Of a stretch of 64,000 nucleotides of DNA, positions 47,539 to 57,895 are shown piece by piece (positions within the stretch are counted from its first letter, which is position 1; every line of letters starts with the position of its first letter). The DNA is from an uncultured virus (IMG/VR IMGVR_UViG_3300009694_000018) (lineage: Duplodnaviria > Heunggongvirae > Uroviricota > Caudoviricetes), in the IMG/VR virus record IMGVR_UViG_3300009694_000018. One strand, 5' to 3'. Below the pieces are notes generated by a model. It saw only the letters and a program-made list of their open reading frames with translations. It was not told the origin of the DNA and searched no databases. The translations under genes and the position numbers were made by a program.

Positions 47539-48111
47539 ATGGAAAAATTTACAAAAATAAAGAAAAATGAACCAAAACGCGAAGATAATGAAGAAATATT
47601 TAAAAATGACGAATTATCAATTATTAAATTCGATGATAAAGACGTTGTTATTAGTGACGCTGAAGTAGTCATATTACCATATTTTAAAGATGAAGGATAC
47701 ATACTTCTAAAACATGAAAAATGTCCAGCATTTAAATTTAAATATAAGGATAAATCTGAATATAATACAATAGATTATTATCTTACAAGCATAAAAGATT
47801 CATTTAACGACGATCAAACAGAAACACAAAATGTTAGACGCATTCTATATGAAAAAACCGGTGTAGTATTAAATCAATTATTTCCTATAGAAGTCGATAA
47901 AGTTTTATTTAAAGACGTTAATAACGTTGGGCAATACCATATATGTCTATTAACAATAAATTATAATGATTATAAACAAACTAGCATTAAAGTGACAGAA
48001 GAAAATAGAGTCGTTAAAGTTAGTTTTGGCGATATAGATAATTTAAAAATTTTTGATATAGTCACGGATTATCTAATTTTAAAATTAAAATATGAAAACA
48101 ATATAAAATGA
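47539..48111 (+). CDS. Degenerate Nudix-fold protein
   Basis: VVILPY...ILLKHE...QNVRRILYEKTG is a degenerate Nudix box. Confidence 0.4.
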   Translation: MEKFTKIKKNEPKREDNEEIFKNDELSIIKFDDKDVVISDAEVVILPYFKDEGYILLKHEKCPAFKFKYKDKSEYNTIDYYLTSIKDSFNDDQTETQNVRRILYEKTGVVLNQLFPIEVDKVLFKDVNNVGQYHICLLTINYNDYKQTSIKVTEENRVVKVSFGDIDNLKIFDIVTDYLILKLKYENNIK

Positions 48112-48278
48112 TGTGAAAAAAATCGTAACGTGGAAAGATTATAGATATAGATATTATCTGAAAGAAGGGAATAAAGATATTTGGAATGATTTATATGGTG
48201 TAAAACAATTATAAAGAAACCATATAATTATGATCCATCACCGTCTAACATGTTAGAAATTTTTACTAGACCAATAGA

Positions 48279-49154
48279 TTAAATTAAAACATTATTTGTA
48301 AATCCAATATTGAAATTTTCTCCATCGAAAACCAATATGTTTTTAATGTCATCAGATTTTTCAGTTTGTTTATTATATACTCTTATTGGATCACCACCGT
48401 CTGTTGGTATATATACATATCCATAACATTTACATAAATTTTTGAAAGTAAATCTATTGGTGATAACGAATCTATCATTTAATAAATTCATGTCATTAAA
48501 TTTAATTATATTATTTTCACAATATTCATTTAAAGATATGAGAGTAACAAAACCAACCCATCTAATATCAATTTTACTAGATTCTTCTAAAAAATTGAAA
48601 ATTTCTTTTTCATCATCTATATATCCATTAATAAGATTGCAAGACAAATTTAAAAATCTTTTATTACTTAATTCTTTGCTTATATTATGAATTATATCTT
48701 TTGATATTGAATTAAAACCCAATATTTCGTTGTTGATTTCGTCAACGTAATGATGTCTGCTTAATTGTATATTATCAACTATTTTATATAAATCGTTCTC
48801 GAATAATTTTTCAAAATTATATCCATTTGTATTAATTGCCATATAAACGTTAGGAAGAATTTCTCTTGTTTTTAATAATATTCTTTTTAACTTTTCAAAA
48901 TCAAGAGTTGGTTCGCCACCACTTAAATTTAATTTTCTAATTCTTACTTTTTCTGATATTTTTTCTAATTTTGAATAATATTTATCTTCATCTAAAGATG
49001 GTCCATTTTTACTATTACAAAATGAACAATTAGCATTACATCCATTTATTTTTATTTGAACATTAACATATGGTTCATCAACTTCCTCTAATTCATCGTC
49101 GAAATATCGACAATAATGAGTTTTTAATTCTATTTTTTTATTAAATAATATCAT
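48279..49154 (-). CDS. Radical SAM protein
   Basis: CNANCSFC (CxxxCxxC), SGGEPT, INTNG, LSRHHY. Confidence 0.85.
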   Translation of the reverse strand: MILFNKKIELKTHYCRYFDDELEEVDEPYVNVQIKINGCNANCSFCNSKNGPSLDEDKYYSKLEKISEKVRIRKLNLSGGEPTLDFEKLKRILLKTREILPNVYMAINTNGYNFEKLFENDLYKIVDNIQLSRHHYVDEINNEILGFNSISKDIIHNISKELSNKRFLNLSCNLINGYIDDEKEIFNFLEESSKIDIRWVGFVTLISLNEYCENNIIKFNDMNLLNDRFVITNRFTFKNLCKCYGYVYIPTDGGDPIRVYNKQTEKSDDIKNILVFDGENFNIGFTNNVLI

Positions 49155-49712
49155 TTAACATCCTCTGTGAAAACCTCCACTACGATCAAAAGGGTCTATG
49201 GTTCTTCTACTTTTTGTTTTGGATATTCTTTTGGGTAGGAACATTCCTTTTTCTTCTTCTTCCCAATTTTCTTCATCGTATGGATCTATTTCTTTCAATT
49301 TCTTTTCTCTGTTTAATCCATTTAAAAATTCATTTATTGCAACTTGACTTAAATCCCCATCAAGAACCATTTGTTTTAATATTTTTATTAAACGATCAAT
49401 ACTTTTTTCATCTTTTTTAATCGATTCCACGTGTTGTGGATTACAGATTAACAATATTTTAATATCATCGAATCTAATTTTATACTTACCTTCATTGTTA
49501 GTTCCTTCAAATGTGCCTATTTTACCAGAATGTTTAGAAACAGTTCTTGTATACTTAACATAATCACCAACTTTAAGTTCTGTTACTGTACCATCAACAT
49601 AATAATTATATAATGTGGTAATCAATTCCTCTTCTCTCTTGTTCATATCTAAATATTTATTATTTTGTATTCTTTCATTTATTATATAATTCGATATTAT
49701 CAATTGGAACAT
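49155..49712 (-). CDS. KOW/SH3-like protein with internal DPYDEENW
   Basis: ELKVGDYVKY...GKIG...YKIRFDD; real start probably at MNKREEE. Confidence 0.6.
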   Translation of the reverse strand: MFQLIISNYIINERIQNNKYLDMNKREEELITTLYNYYVDGTVTELKVGDYVKYTRTVSKHSGKIGTFEGTNNEGKYKIRFDDIKILLICNPQHVESIKKDEKSIDRLIKILKQMVLDGDLSQVAINEFLNGLNREKKLKEIDPYDEENWEEEEKGMFLPKRISKTKSRRTIDPFDRSGGFHRGC

Positions 49713-49956
49713 CTTTTACAATCCAACCTTCATTACTATTAATTAATTGACGATTTCTAACATCAATTTTTAAAATTATTGGATGATGCTTTTCGGCTTC
49801 TTTCGGAGTAAAGGTTAAATAAATATCACCTCTAAGTCCGTATCTCATAATACTATCGTAATTCTCAGGTTCAATTGAATGATATAAAAAATCAGGAATA
49901 AAATTTTCAGGCGTTTTATTTTCATTTAAAAATTCTGAATACTTTTTTATTTTCAT
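49675..49956 (-). CDS. Minimal ADP-ribosyltransferase-fold protein (like the Tpt1/KptA NAD-binding domain)
   Basis: LYH...N..SI...GL...IYLT....A.....ILKID...N..W.V..VP...I; N-terminus MKIKKYSEFLNE. Confidence 0.6.
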   Translation of the reverse strand: MKIKKYSEFLNENKTPENFIPDFLYHSIEPENYDSIMRYGLRGDIYLTFTPKEAEKHHPIILKIDVRNRQLINSNEGWIVKDVPIDNIELYNK

Positions 49957-50054
49957 ATTAATCTTGATTTATTTTTATATATTAATATTAGATTTTAGTT
50001 TTTTTTTGTTAAACTATCAATGTTTTTTTTAATATAAAAAAACAAAAACATTAT

Positions 50055-50336
50055 ATGAGAAGAAAAAGTTCATTTAATGATAGAGTTTGGTCTGATAGTC
50101 CAAATTATGAACTCGAATTTTTAAAATTGGAAAATGAAAAAATGAAATTAGAATTAGACCAATTCAAGAAAAATAAGAAAATTGATATTACTATGGAAAA
50201 AGACATAGCTGCTTTACTCAAAGTTTCTATGAGTATGAAACAATTATTGGAAATTATTAGACAAGAAGTTATGATTCCCATTGATTTAGGAAAACAAATA
50301 GATAAAGTGATAAAAGAAATTGAAAATTATGACTAA
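50055..50336 (+). CDS. Hypothetical coiled-coil protein
   Basis: ORF after AAACT-N17-TATA (50011-50036). Confidence 0.55.
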   Translation: MRRKSSFNDRVWSDSPNYELEFLKLENEKMKLELDQFKKNKKIDITMEKDIAALLKVSMSMKQLLEIIRQEVMIPIDLGKQIDKVIKEIENYD

Positions 50337-50532
50337 ATTATTTTTTAAAAAAATAGAAAAATGTTCCGATTGTCCAAATTCATATAGATCAAAAGAATCT
50401 ATTAAATTAGACGTTTGTTTGATTACAGACAAAAGAATATTTACAGAAACCCCAGATTGGTGTCCGCTTCCAAATTTTGAAATGAAAATAGAAGCTAATG
50501 AGACCCAAAGAGTTTGGGTAAAAATTAAGTGA
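50320..50532 (+). CDS. Small Cys-rich protein
   Basis: CSDCP...C...PDWCPL. Confidence 0.55.
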   Translation: MKIMTKLFFKKIEKCSDCPNSYRSKESIKLDVCLITDKRIFTETPDWCPLPNFEMKIEANETQRVWVKIK

Positions 50533-50538
50533 TTTTAA

Positions 50539-51438
50539 ATGGCTAAAATGTTTTTTAGATATAGTTCAATGGGGGCAGGAAAAACTCTTGATCTTTTAAA
50601 AACCTATTATAACTATGAAGAAAGAGGAAAATATCCAATTATATTTACATCAATAAAAGATAATAGATATGGTGAAAATAAAGTAAAATCAAGAACTGGT
50701 CTTGAAAGAACAGCGGTTGCTGTATCTGATGAAACTAATTTATTTGAAATAGTTAAAAATCATGAAAAAATAATAGATTGTGTTTTAGTTGACGAAGTTC
50801 AATTTTTTAAAAAACATCATATATATGAATTATCAGATGTTGTTGATATATTAAATATACCAGTTATCGCTTATGGGCTGAGGAGTGATTTCAAAACTTT
50901 TCCATTCGAAGGATCAATATACATGTTGACATTAGCAGACGAAATAGAAGAGTTAAAAACTCTTTGTTACAATTGTGAAAAAAAAGCAATATTAAATATT
51001 AGATATTCTACAAAAAAGGGGTTGCTTGGATGGGTTAAAGATATTATCGTAGAAGGAGAACAGGTTCAAGTTGGGGGCAACGAAAGTTATATGCCTTTAT
51101 GTAGAAAATGTTATAAAGAATTATTAGAACTAACATTAAAAAGAAAAAATAAAGACACTAATATAATTCCAGAAGGAATATATTGTTATACAGGTATAAA
51201 ATATGAAAAAGGTGTTTATCATATAAAAAATTGTCCATATTACGATAAAGTAGAAAACGGCGGAAGCCAATCTGACGGATATTGTCATTACTTAGATATA
51301 AGTGATGATAGTTTGAATAAAGAAAGTTGCTTTATAGATGAAAAAACAGGCGAGGAATTCACAGCTAAAGAATTAGGACTACCTATTGGTGGACGATTGT
51401 GGGATAGTTGCAAGGAATGCGGTGTTAACGATGATTAG
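50539..51438 (+). CDS. tdk: Thymidine kinase (type II) with an extra C-terminal Cys-rich domain
   Basis: MGAGKT P-loop, VDEVQF, YGLRSDF, C..C...CRKC. Confidence 0.9.
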   Translation: MAKMFFRYSSMGAGKTLDLLKTYYNYEERGKYPIIFTSIKDNRYGENKVKSRTGLERTAVAVSDETNLFEIVKNHEKIIDCVLVDEVQFFKKHHIYELSDVVDILNIPVIAYGLRSDFKTFPFEGSIYMLTLADEIEELKTLCYNCEKKAILNIRYSTKKGLLGWVKDIIVEGEQVQVGGNESYMPLCRKCYKELLELTLKRKNKDTNIIPEGIYCYTGIKYEKGVYHIKNCPYYDKVENGGSQSDGYCHYLDISDDSLNKESCFIDEKTGEEFTAKELGLPIGGRLWDSCKECGVNDD

Positions 51439-52120
51439 ATTTTCTTGAGTCTTTAAATCCTTTAATCCATCCGTCTTTTAGGTAATTATCTATATTTTCA
51501 ATTTTTATTCTTCTGTTTTTATTCAAAATAGGATTAAAAATCCATACTGTGTTTTTTGTCGCCTTTGATATATTATCCCTGGATTCATCGCTCATGTTTT
51601 TTAAACCTTCTAACATTTTAATTTTTTTATCTTGATCAATTACAATGTTTCTTCTTTTTTGAGCAATTGATAAATTTGTCCTCCTTTGTAAAGTGAATGA
51701 TTTACCCGTATTAGCTTTTCTAATTTTATCTTTATGTTCTTCGGTTAATTTTCTTTTAAAAAAAGTTGGACCGCCATCCCCACCAGGAGTTTGATTGGTT
51801 AAAGGTCCATTTTTAACTCCCAACACATTTAAAATTGTGCCTATTTCTCTTATAAGGCATTTTTCCAAATTGACTGCTGTATGTTGCTTCATATTCTCTT
51901 TTATTTTAAATATAATAGGTAAATATCCATCCGATTTAATTGATTTAATTTTATTTATTTTTAAAAAGTTTGAATCCTTCATTTTTAAATGAAAATTTAT
52001 TCTATTTTTTCTTCCATAACCTATATAGATAGGTTGAAACTCAAAATTTACAGTATCTACAACAATATTAGATGGGACTCTGGGATCACAATACACATAA
52101 ACATAATAATCTTCTATCAT
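51425..52120 (-). CDS. GIY-YIG-like endonuclease with a NUMOD3 motif
   Basis: YYVYVYCDPR...PIYIGYG...R, GPLTNQTPGGDG, LTEEHKDKIRKA..GK. Confidence 0.75.
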   Translation of the reverse strand: MIEDYYVYVYCDPRVPSNIVVDTVNFEFQPIYIGYGRKNRINFHLKMKDSNFLKINKIKSIKSDGYLPIIFKIKENMKQHTAVNLEKCLIREIGTILNVLGVKNGPLTNQTPGGDGGPTFFKRKLTEEHKDKIRKANTGKSFTLQRRTNLSIAQKRRNIVIDQDKKIKMLEGLKNMSDESRDNISKATKNTVWIFNPILNKNRRIKIENIDNYLKDGWIKGFKDSRKSNHR

Positions 52121-52341
52121 TTTAAAACTTTAATTTTATAATAGTATATATTAAAACATAAAACTCATATTAGTGCAAAGAATGCCGAGTTAAATCAAAA
52201 CAAAACATGAATACCAAAAAACAAATCAAAACAAAATGGAAAGGTGTTCAATATTGAAAAACCATCTAAAAACTGCGGAATAGAAGAAGCGACAACAAAA
52301 ACAATAAATAATTATGGCGATGAATAAAAACAAGAAATAAA

Positions 52342-52590
52342 ATGGATAAAATACTTGATAAAATAATTTATATAGATAATAGTTATTATGGATATAGAAT
52401 AACAAGAAAACTTATTCCCATACATGAAGATAATTATAACACTTGGTGGTGGATAGATTTTTTGGGTAATTTTGACAATATAAACGAAGTTAAAAAATTA
52501 TATCCAAATACATCAATTCAATCAATAAATAAAGCAAAAATAAAAAAATTTATAATAGAAAAAATAAAAGAAATACATGGTAAAATATAA
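52342..52590 (+). CDS. Hypothetical protein
   Basis: Overlaps the start of the next gene. Confidence 0.5.
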   Translation: MDKILDKIIYIDNSYYGYRITRKLIPIHEDNYNTWWWIDFLGNFDNINEVKKLYPNTSIQSINKAKIKKFIIEKIKEIHGKI

Positions 52591-53752
52591 TAAAATTAAA
52601 AGTCCTACAAATTTATCAGGATTCTACGTGGCTTATTACGGAAGCGTCATGAATGAACATAAAGGAATATACGGAATATCACATTTATTAGAACATTTGA
52701 TATGTAAAGGATTTGACGATTTAATAGAAAAATTCGAATCTGACGGAATCACATGGAACGCGTTCACTAACGATTCGGAAATAGTTTTTTATATGACGGG
52801 ATTAGATATATTCGTTAAAAAATGGAAGAAAATATTCTACGAACGTTTAACAACTTTTAAAATAACCGAAGAACAATTTGAAAATGAAAAAAAAGTTGTC
52901 ATAGAAGAATATAAAGATTCATTTAACGATCAATCAGAATGGCACAGACAAAATTTATTAAGAAAATTATATGGATATCATGAAGCTATTGGATTATTAG
53001 ATGATTTAAAAAATTTAACTTTAAATGATTGCTATGATTTTTTTGAATTTCAATATAGAAAACCGACAATGATTATTGATATATGTAAAAGTAATAACAA
53101 ATCATTAGAAGATTTCTTCAGAGGAATTTCTTACGATGATAGAGTTTATGAACAATTTTTAACTTTGTTTGACGGAAATTATTTATTCGAAAAAGGAAAT
53201 AACTACAAGAATAAGACATCAATAATAAATATATCTGAAATAATCAAAGATGATTTTCCGTATATAGATTTTATAACAAAAATGCTTGGTAATGGATTAA
53301 AATCCCCTCTATATCAAGAAATAAGAGAAAAAAATGGATTAGTTTATTATGTACATTGTTATCAGAGAATAATGACAAATATTTCATCACTGGTATTCTT
53401 CGAAACAGTCACATCAAATAATAATGTTGAAAAAGTACAAGAATTATTTAAAATGATTTTAGATAATCCGCATAAATATTTAACTAGAAAAAGATTTAAT
53501 ATAATTAAAAAATATTATAAAATTAAATTCAAGAAGGAAAATATATTATTACATAATAACGGATATAAATATATTCAACAAGAAAAATTTTCAGTTGAAA
53601 ATATAATTAATGAAGTGACTTATGAAAAAATAATGGAAATTTATCATAAATATTTTGATTTTAATAAATATTATAAATCAATAGATAAAAAAGAATTTGA
53701 TGGTGTAAAATTGCCTGTTTTGATAACAAAGCCTGCTACAGATATTAAATAA
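52577..53752 (+). CDS. M16 (insulinase) family zinc peptidase
   Basis: GISHLLEHL (HxxEH), WNAFT, EKKVVIEE, SPLYQEIREKNGLVY. Confidence 0.9.
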   Translation: MVKYNKIKSPTNLSGFYVAYYGSVMNEHKGIYGISHLLEHLICKGFDDLIEKFESDGITWNAFTNDSEIVFYMTGLDIFVKKWKKIFYERLTTFKITEEQFENEKKVVIEEYKDSFNDQSEWHRQNLLRKLYGYHEAIGLLDDLKNLTLNDCYDFFEFQYRKPTMIIDICKSNNKSLEDFFRGISYDDRVYEQFLTLFDGNYLFEKGNNYKNKTSIINISEIIKDDFPYIDFITKMLGNGLKSPLYQEIREKNGLVYYVHCYQRIMTNISSLVFFETVTSNNNVEKVQELFKMILDNPHKYLTRKRFNIIKKYYKIKFKKENILLHNNGYKYIQQEKFSVENIINEVTYEKIMEIYHKYFDFNKYYKSIDKKEFDGVKLPVLITKPATDIK

Positions 53753-53762
53753 ATTAAAAAAT

Positions 53763-54038
53763 ATGAGAAAATATAAAGATTATCAAAAAGATAAAAGAAA
53801 AAGATTTTTAACTGATGACGAAATAAAAAATGTTGAATGGGTTAATTTTAAAATAATTGTACCGACAGAAGATGATAAAAAAGAATTGATGGAAGCATTT
53901 CATCATATACATAATTCCGATATAGATACAGATTACGTTGCTGTTAATCAAATTGCAGGTCAATATTTATCAGAAGAAGACGGTGGAAATAATATAATAA
54001 TAGATAAAGAATTGTTTGATACATTAAATAAAAAATAA
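53763..54038 (+). CDS. Hypothetical protein
   Basis: Co-oriented ORF. Confidence 0.55.
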   Translation: MRKYKDYQKDKRKRFLTDDEIKNVEWVNFKIIVPTEDDKKELMEAFHHIHNSDIDTDYVAVNQIAGQYLSEEDGGNNIIIDKELFDTLNKK

Positions 54039-54039
54039 T

Positions 54040-54588
54040 ATGCATAGAAACGATAAATCAAGATTTCTTCTTTATATTGAGCCAAAAAAAGAAGAAAAAT
54101 TAAAAGTTCCGATTAATGACGAATTAACTAAATTAATGGAAATGGCTATGAGAGAATCCACGGAAGGGGCTGCCAATTATTCAGATATTAATGATGTTGT
54201 TGGAAAATTCAAAAAAGGAAATGGTTGGAGAGGAGATCATGGAACTGATTGTGGAGAATGTTCATCTAATCACGATTATTTATTGAATAACGGTTTAATA
54301 ACGAATTCATTATCAGTTTTTTACGTTAAATATTATAGAAATTCTATACATGAAAACGATTGGATAAAATTAAAACAATTGGGTGATTATTACGACGTTG
54401 ATATACAATTACCAAAAACTTTTCCGATATCGCCCTCATCTACAATCCATGAAACTTATGATGATTATATTAAAAATATATTTGATTCGTTATCAAATGA
54501 ATTAGGAAAACAAATAAGTAAAGAAATAATTGAAAAAATAAAAAAATTGGAAAATGTCAAGAATATTGGAAAAACCGGAATTTATTAG
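54040..54588 (+). CDS. Hypothetical protein
   Basis: WRG.H...CG..S..HDYLL.NG.ITNSL motif-rich core. Confidence 0.6.
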   Translation: MHRNDKSRFLLYIEPKKEEKLKVPINDELTKLMEMAMRESTEGAANYSDINDVVGKFKKGNGWRGDHGTDCGECSSNHDYLLNNGLITNSLSVFYVKYYRNSIHENDWIKLKQLGDYYDVDIQLPKTFPISPSSTIHETYDDYIKNIFDSLSNELGKQISKEIIEKIKKLENVKNIGKTGIY

Positions 54589-55297
54589 ATTATTAAAAGA
54601 AGTATCTAACAAACTTGATAGTAATAATATTCGAAATGAGATCCCGTTTGTATATAAAGATAAAATAAATTATGATCATATTAAAATTCTAATACCACAA
54701 GAGACTGATGCATCAACATTGGTCACGATATTAGATAACGGAGTATTTAATTTAAAAGGACAATTTATAGATTTTAATTATAAAGATTTTCGATTCATTT
54801 TTATTAGAACACCAGAAAATGAATTTTTATCATCGTTTTTCTATTATAGTTGGGACATATTACCAACATTAATGAATGTTATGTTTAATAAATTTGGATT
54901 ACATTTATATCCAAGTGGTTTAAAATATATTGTTGGTGAAAATCTCTTTTTGGTTTCGACCAATTTAGAACATATAATTGAATTTCTAGATTTAGATTCA
55001 AATGAATATTTTTCAAAAGGATTCATGAGTTTATTCAGTTATGCTAGTTTTATATCTATTTCAAAATATTTTAACACTCAAATATTTAAAGATTTCAAAT
55101 TAAATGATAATGATTTTTTATATTTTGATAAAAAACCTCAATATGATAAAGTTCTTGAATTGTTTTGCAACTTTGATAAAATTAAATATCAAGATTATAA
55201 ATATCATAAAGAATTGGATAAGTATTTATTAGACATAGATACCATGTTTCCTGGATCAAATTTTTTAGAAAATATATCCAAAATGAAATTTAAATAA
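54554..55297 (+). CDS. Hypothetical protein, possibly a degenerate nucleotidyltransferase fold
   Basis: Weak by-eye resemblance only (YYSWD...KFGL.L...GLKY). Confidence 0.35.
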   Translation: MSRILEKPEFIRLLKEVSNKLDSNNIRNEIPFVYKDKINYDHIKILIPQETDASTLVTILDNGVFNLKGQFIDFNYKDFRFIFIRTPENEFLSSFFYYSWDILPTLMNVMFNKFGLHLYPSGLKYIVGENLFLVSTNLEHIIEFLDLDSNEYFSKGFMSLFSYASFISISKYFNTQIFKDFKLNDNDFLYFDKKPQYDKVLELFCNFDKIKYQDYKYHKELDKYLLDIDTMFPGSNFLENISKMKFK

Positions 55298-55324
55298 AAT
55301 ATATACTAGAAAAACCAATACTGA

Positions 55325-55798
55325 ATGTCTTTATCTAAAGAAATTGAAGATTTTTTTAATAAATATGGTGAAGAATTTAATTTACTCACTATAACGTATG
55401 CTAAACAATTAGTACATAAAATTAAATCATCTGATATTTTACACAATTTTTTATTTGATAATAATATTACTGCTTCTATGTTATTAAATGAAATAGTGCC
55501 ATATAGCAATTATAAATTTAATAGCAGTGGTGACGAAAAATTAGATATGGGAGAAATTCAAAGTATATTAAATATAATATTATTTTCAAATGAATTAGAA
55601 AAACTCATAATGGAAGATCATGTTATAATTTCATCCATTGGTTCTTCTGGTGAATTGTTTTATATCCCCGATGAATATACTGTAAAATATTTTATGGAAA
55701 AGTATGGAATAGAATTAAAAGAAAATCAAGAATTTGACTATACTATTTTAGAAGATAATGACATCGGATCGAGTAATTTCAATTTTGGAATAAATTAA
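55325..55798 (+). CDS. Hypothetical protein
   Basis: ORF after AATATATA (~55298). Confidence 0.6.
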   Translation: MSLSKEIEDFFNKYGEEFNLLTITYAKQLVHKIKSSDILHNFLFDNNITASMLLNEIVPYSNYKFNSSGDEKLDMGEIQSILNIILFSNELEKLIMEDHVIISSIGSSGELFYIPDEYTVKYFMEKYGIELKENQEFDYTILEDNDIGSSNFNFGIN

Positions 55799-55803
55799 AT
55801 ATA

Positions 55804-56271
55804 CTAATGACGAATATATTTTTTATTCTGGGCAAATATAAACATTTGATTTGGGTTTGATGCTCTTATTATTAATTCAATATAATATTTATGTCTTTTT
55901 TCAATCCAAGTTAACTCTTTATCTGATTTACTCAATATATCATTATAATAATCATAATAATCCCAATAATTTTTTATATCATTGATTGCTAAATAATATT
56001 TATCACATTTATCATTTTTTTTATTAAAGACGAATAATGCTCTTATTTTATAATAATAAACTAACCAAGTATAATGGTTATTATCTGATATGAATTTACC
56101 AGAACTATCTATATTAACATACATCTTTTTTTCAAATTTATAGTTGAAATCATCATGTTTGAATGATTCTATGATTTCTTTCTTTGTTAATCCAATATAA
56201 ATGTTATAATCTATTTGAGAATAAACAATAGACGAAATAAATACTAATATTATTGTAAAAATTTTTTTCAT
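55804..56271 (-). CDS. Exported protein with a Bacteroidota-style signal peptide
   Basis: MKKIFTIILVFISSIVYSQ. Confidence 0.6.
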   Translation of the reverse strand: MKKIFTIILVFISSIVYSQIDYNIYIGLTKKEIIESFKHDDFNYKFEKKMYVNIDSSGKFISDNNHYTWLVYYYKIRALFVFNKKNDKCDKYYLAINDIKNYWDYYDYYNDILSKSDKELTWIEKRHKYYIELIIRASNPNQMFIFAQNKKYIRH

Positions 56272-56337
56272 TTTTCTTATATGTCTAAATACAAATTATG
56301 TTTATAAATCTGCCAAAAAAATTTAATATATACGCAT

Positions 56338-56700
56338 ATGATTAAAAAATATATACAATATATTAGAGAAAATATAGAATATCTTGAAGAAGAGGATGAA
56401 GAAGACATTGACGACAGTTTTATAATCGATAAAAAATTTAGACAATTTTTAATTGATAATAACTGTTTAGAAGAATATGCGGAAAATTGCGAAAATGAAA
56501 CTAATCTCAATTCAAAACTGGTCGGAGCCTCACTTTTAAGGTATGGGTATGCCGGTACAAACTGGTGGGAACATGTTGACGAACGCGATCATATAATGAA
56601 TGCTTTTTATTGGGGTGACACACCACAAGGGGATTTATATTGGAATGATATAAACTATAAATGGAACAAAAAAATAGAAGAATTAAATTATGATAGATAA
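56338..56700 (+). CDS. Hypothetical protein with CTS-like N-terminus
   Basis: MIKKYIQYIRE; AF.W..TPQG..YW; AATATATA at 56325. Confidence 0.65.
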   Translation: MIKKYIQYIRENIEYLEEEDEEDIDDSFIIDKKFRQFLIDNNCLEEYAENCENETNLNSKLVGASLLRYGYAGTNWWEHVDERDHIMNAFYWGDTPQGDLYWNDINYKWNKKIEELNYDR

Positions 56701-57895
56701 ATATGATAACTTTCTAAATGAAAATTTTAAAAAGGATTTCAAAAAACTTTTTAATAATATAAAATCATACTTCAAAAGTGAAGATGATATGGAAAGACTA
56801 GAATCCGAACTTGTTCGACTTCTTACGGACTATAAAGAAAAAATAATGAGAGGTGAAATTAAAAAAATTGATAATCAATTTCTCATGGATCTTCAAAAAG
56901 AAGTTGATAAAAACGTCATGGAACAACTCAACATAGATACTTTTTTTAGAGGCATAAACAATTTAAAATTAAAAGGTAAAGATAAAAAAATTGAAAATTA
57001 CTTCGATAATTATCTATCATCAATTCCAAAAAGGTTAAAAACATTATATAACGCTGAACAGGACATAGATATAACTGATGTGGATACAGAAGACGTTTAT
57101 TATGATCCTTACATTGAAGATAAAGAGTTCGCCGAATGGCGTAAAGTAATTTCTAGTGCACCAAGATTTAGAGTTAAAAGACGAAGATTTGAATTAGAAA
57201 AAGCTTCTCTGCAAATAGAACTCTTAAAAATGAGAGATTGGTTATTTTCAAATAATAAAAAATTAGTAGTTGTTGCAGAAGGAAGAGATGCTGCATCCAA
57301 AGGATCATTCATTAGAACAGCAACAGAAAACTTACACCCTAGTTATTTTAGAATAAATACATTTGGAATTCCATCAGAAGATGAGAAAAAAAATTGGTTT
57401 AAACGTTACTCTGATGTTCTTCCAGCCACACAACAAATCGCTTTTTATGACCGTTCATGGTATAATAGAGCTGTAGTTGAACCGGTTATGGGTTATTGTA
57501 CAACAGAACAATATGAAAATTTCATGGAAGATGTCTTACCATTTGAATATGATTTGATAGATAATAACTTCTATCTTATTAAATTTTGGTTTTCGATAAC
57601 AAAAGATACGCAAGAACTAAGATTTAAACTGAGACAAACATCACCAATTAAATATTGGAAATTCAGTCCAAATGATGCTAAATCTTTAGATAAATGGGAT
57701 CAATATTCTGCTTATAAAGAAGAAATGTTTAAGCGAACATCGACTGAAAAATCGCCTTGGGTAGCCGTAGATTCTAACGATAAGAGAGTAGCTAAACTCA
57801 ATGCCTTACGTTATATTTTAAATCAAGTACCTTATGAAAATAAAAAAACAGAGATTTTAGAAGTTTACCCGGAAGTAGTTTATCCAATATTATGA
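56690..57895 (+). CDS. ppk2: Polyphosphate kinase 2 with a ~170-aa N-terminal extension
   Basis: EGRDAASKG (Walker A), YDRSWYNRAVVEPVMG, LIKFWFSI, WKFSP.D. Confidence 0.9.
   Translation: MIDKYDNFLNENFKKDFKKLFNNIKSYFKSEDDMERLESELVRLLTDYKEKIMRGEIKKIDNQFLMDLQKEVDKNVMEQLNIDTFFRGINNLKLKGKDKKIENYFDNYLSSIPKRLKTLYNAEQDIDITDVDTEDVYYDPYIEDKEFAEWRKVISSAPRFRVKRRRFELEKASLQIELLKMRDWLFSNNKKLVVVAEGRDAASKGSFIRTATENLHPSYFRINTFGIPSEDEKKNWFKRYSDVLPATQQIAFYDRSWYNRAVVEPVMGYCTTEQYENFMEDVLPFEYDLIDNNFYLIKFWFSITKDTQELRFKLRQTSPIKYWKFSPNDAKSLDKWDQYSAYKEEMFKRTSTEKSPWVAVDSNDKRVAKLNALRYILNQVPYENKKTEILEVYPEVVYPIL

Noticed and set aside
57095..57130. YDPYIEDKEF in PPK2 as another DPYGEExW tag
   Set aside because: Only DPY matches; G, EE and W are missing.
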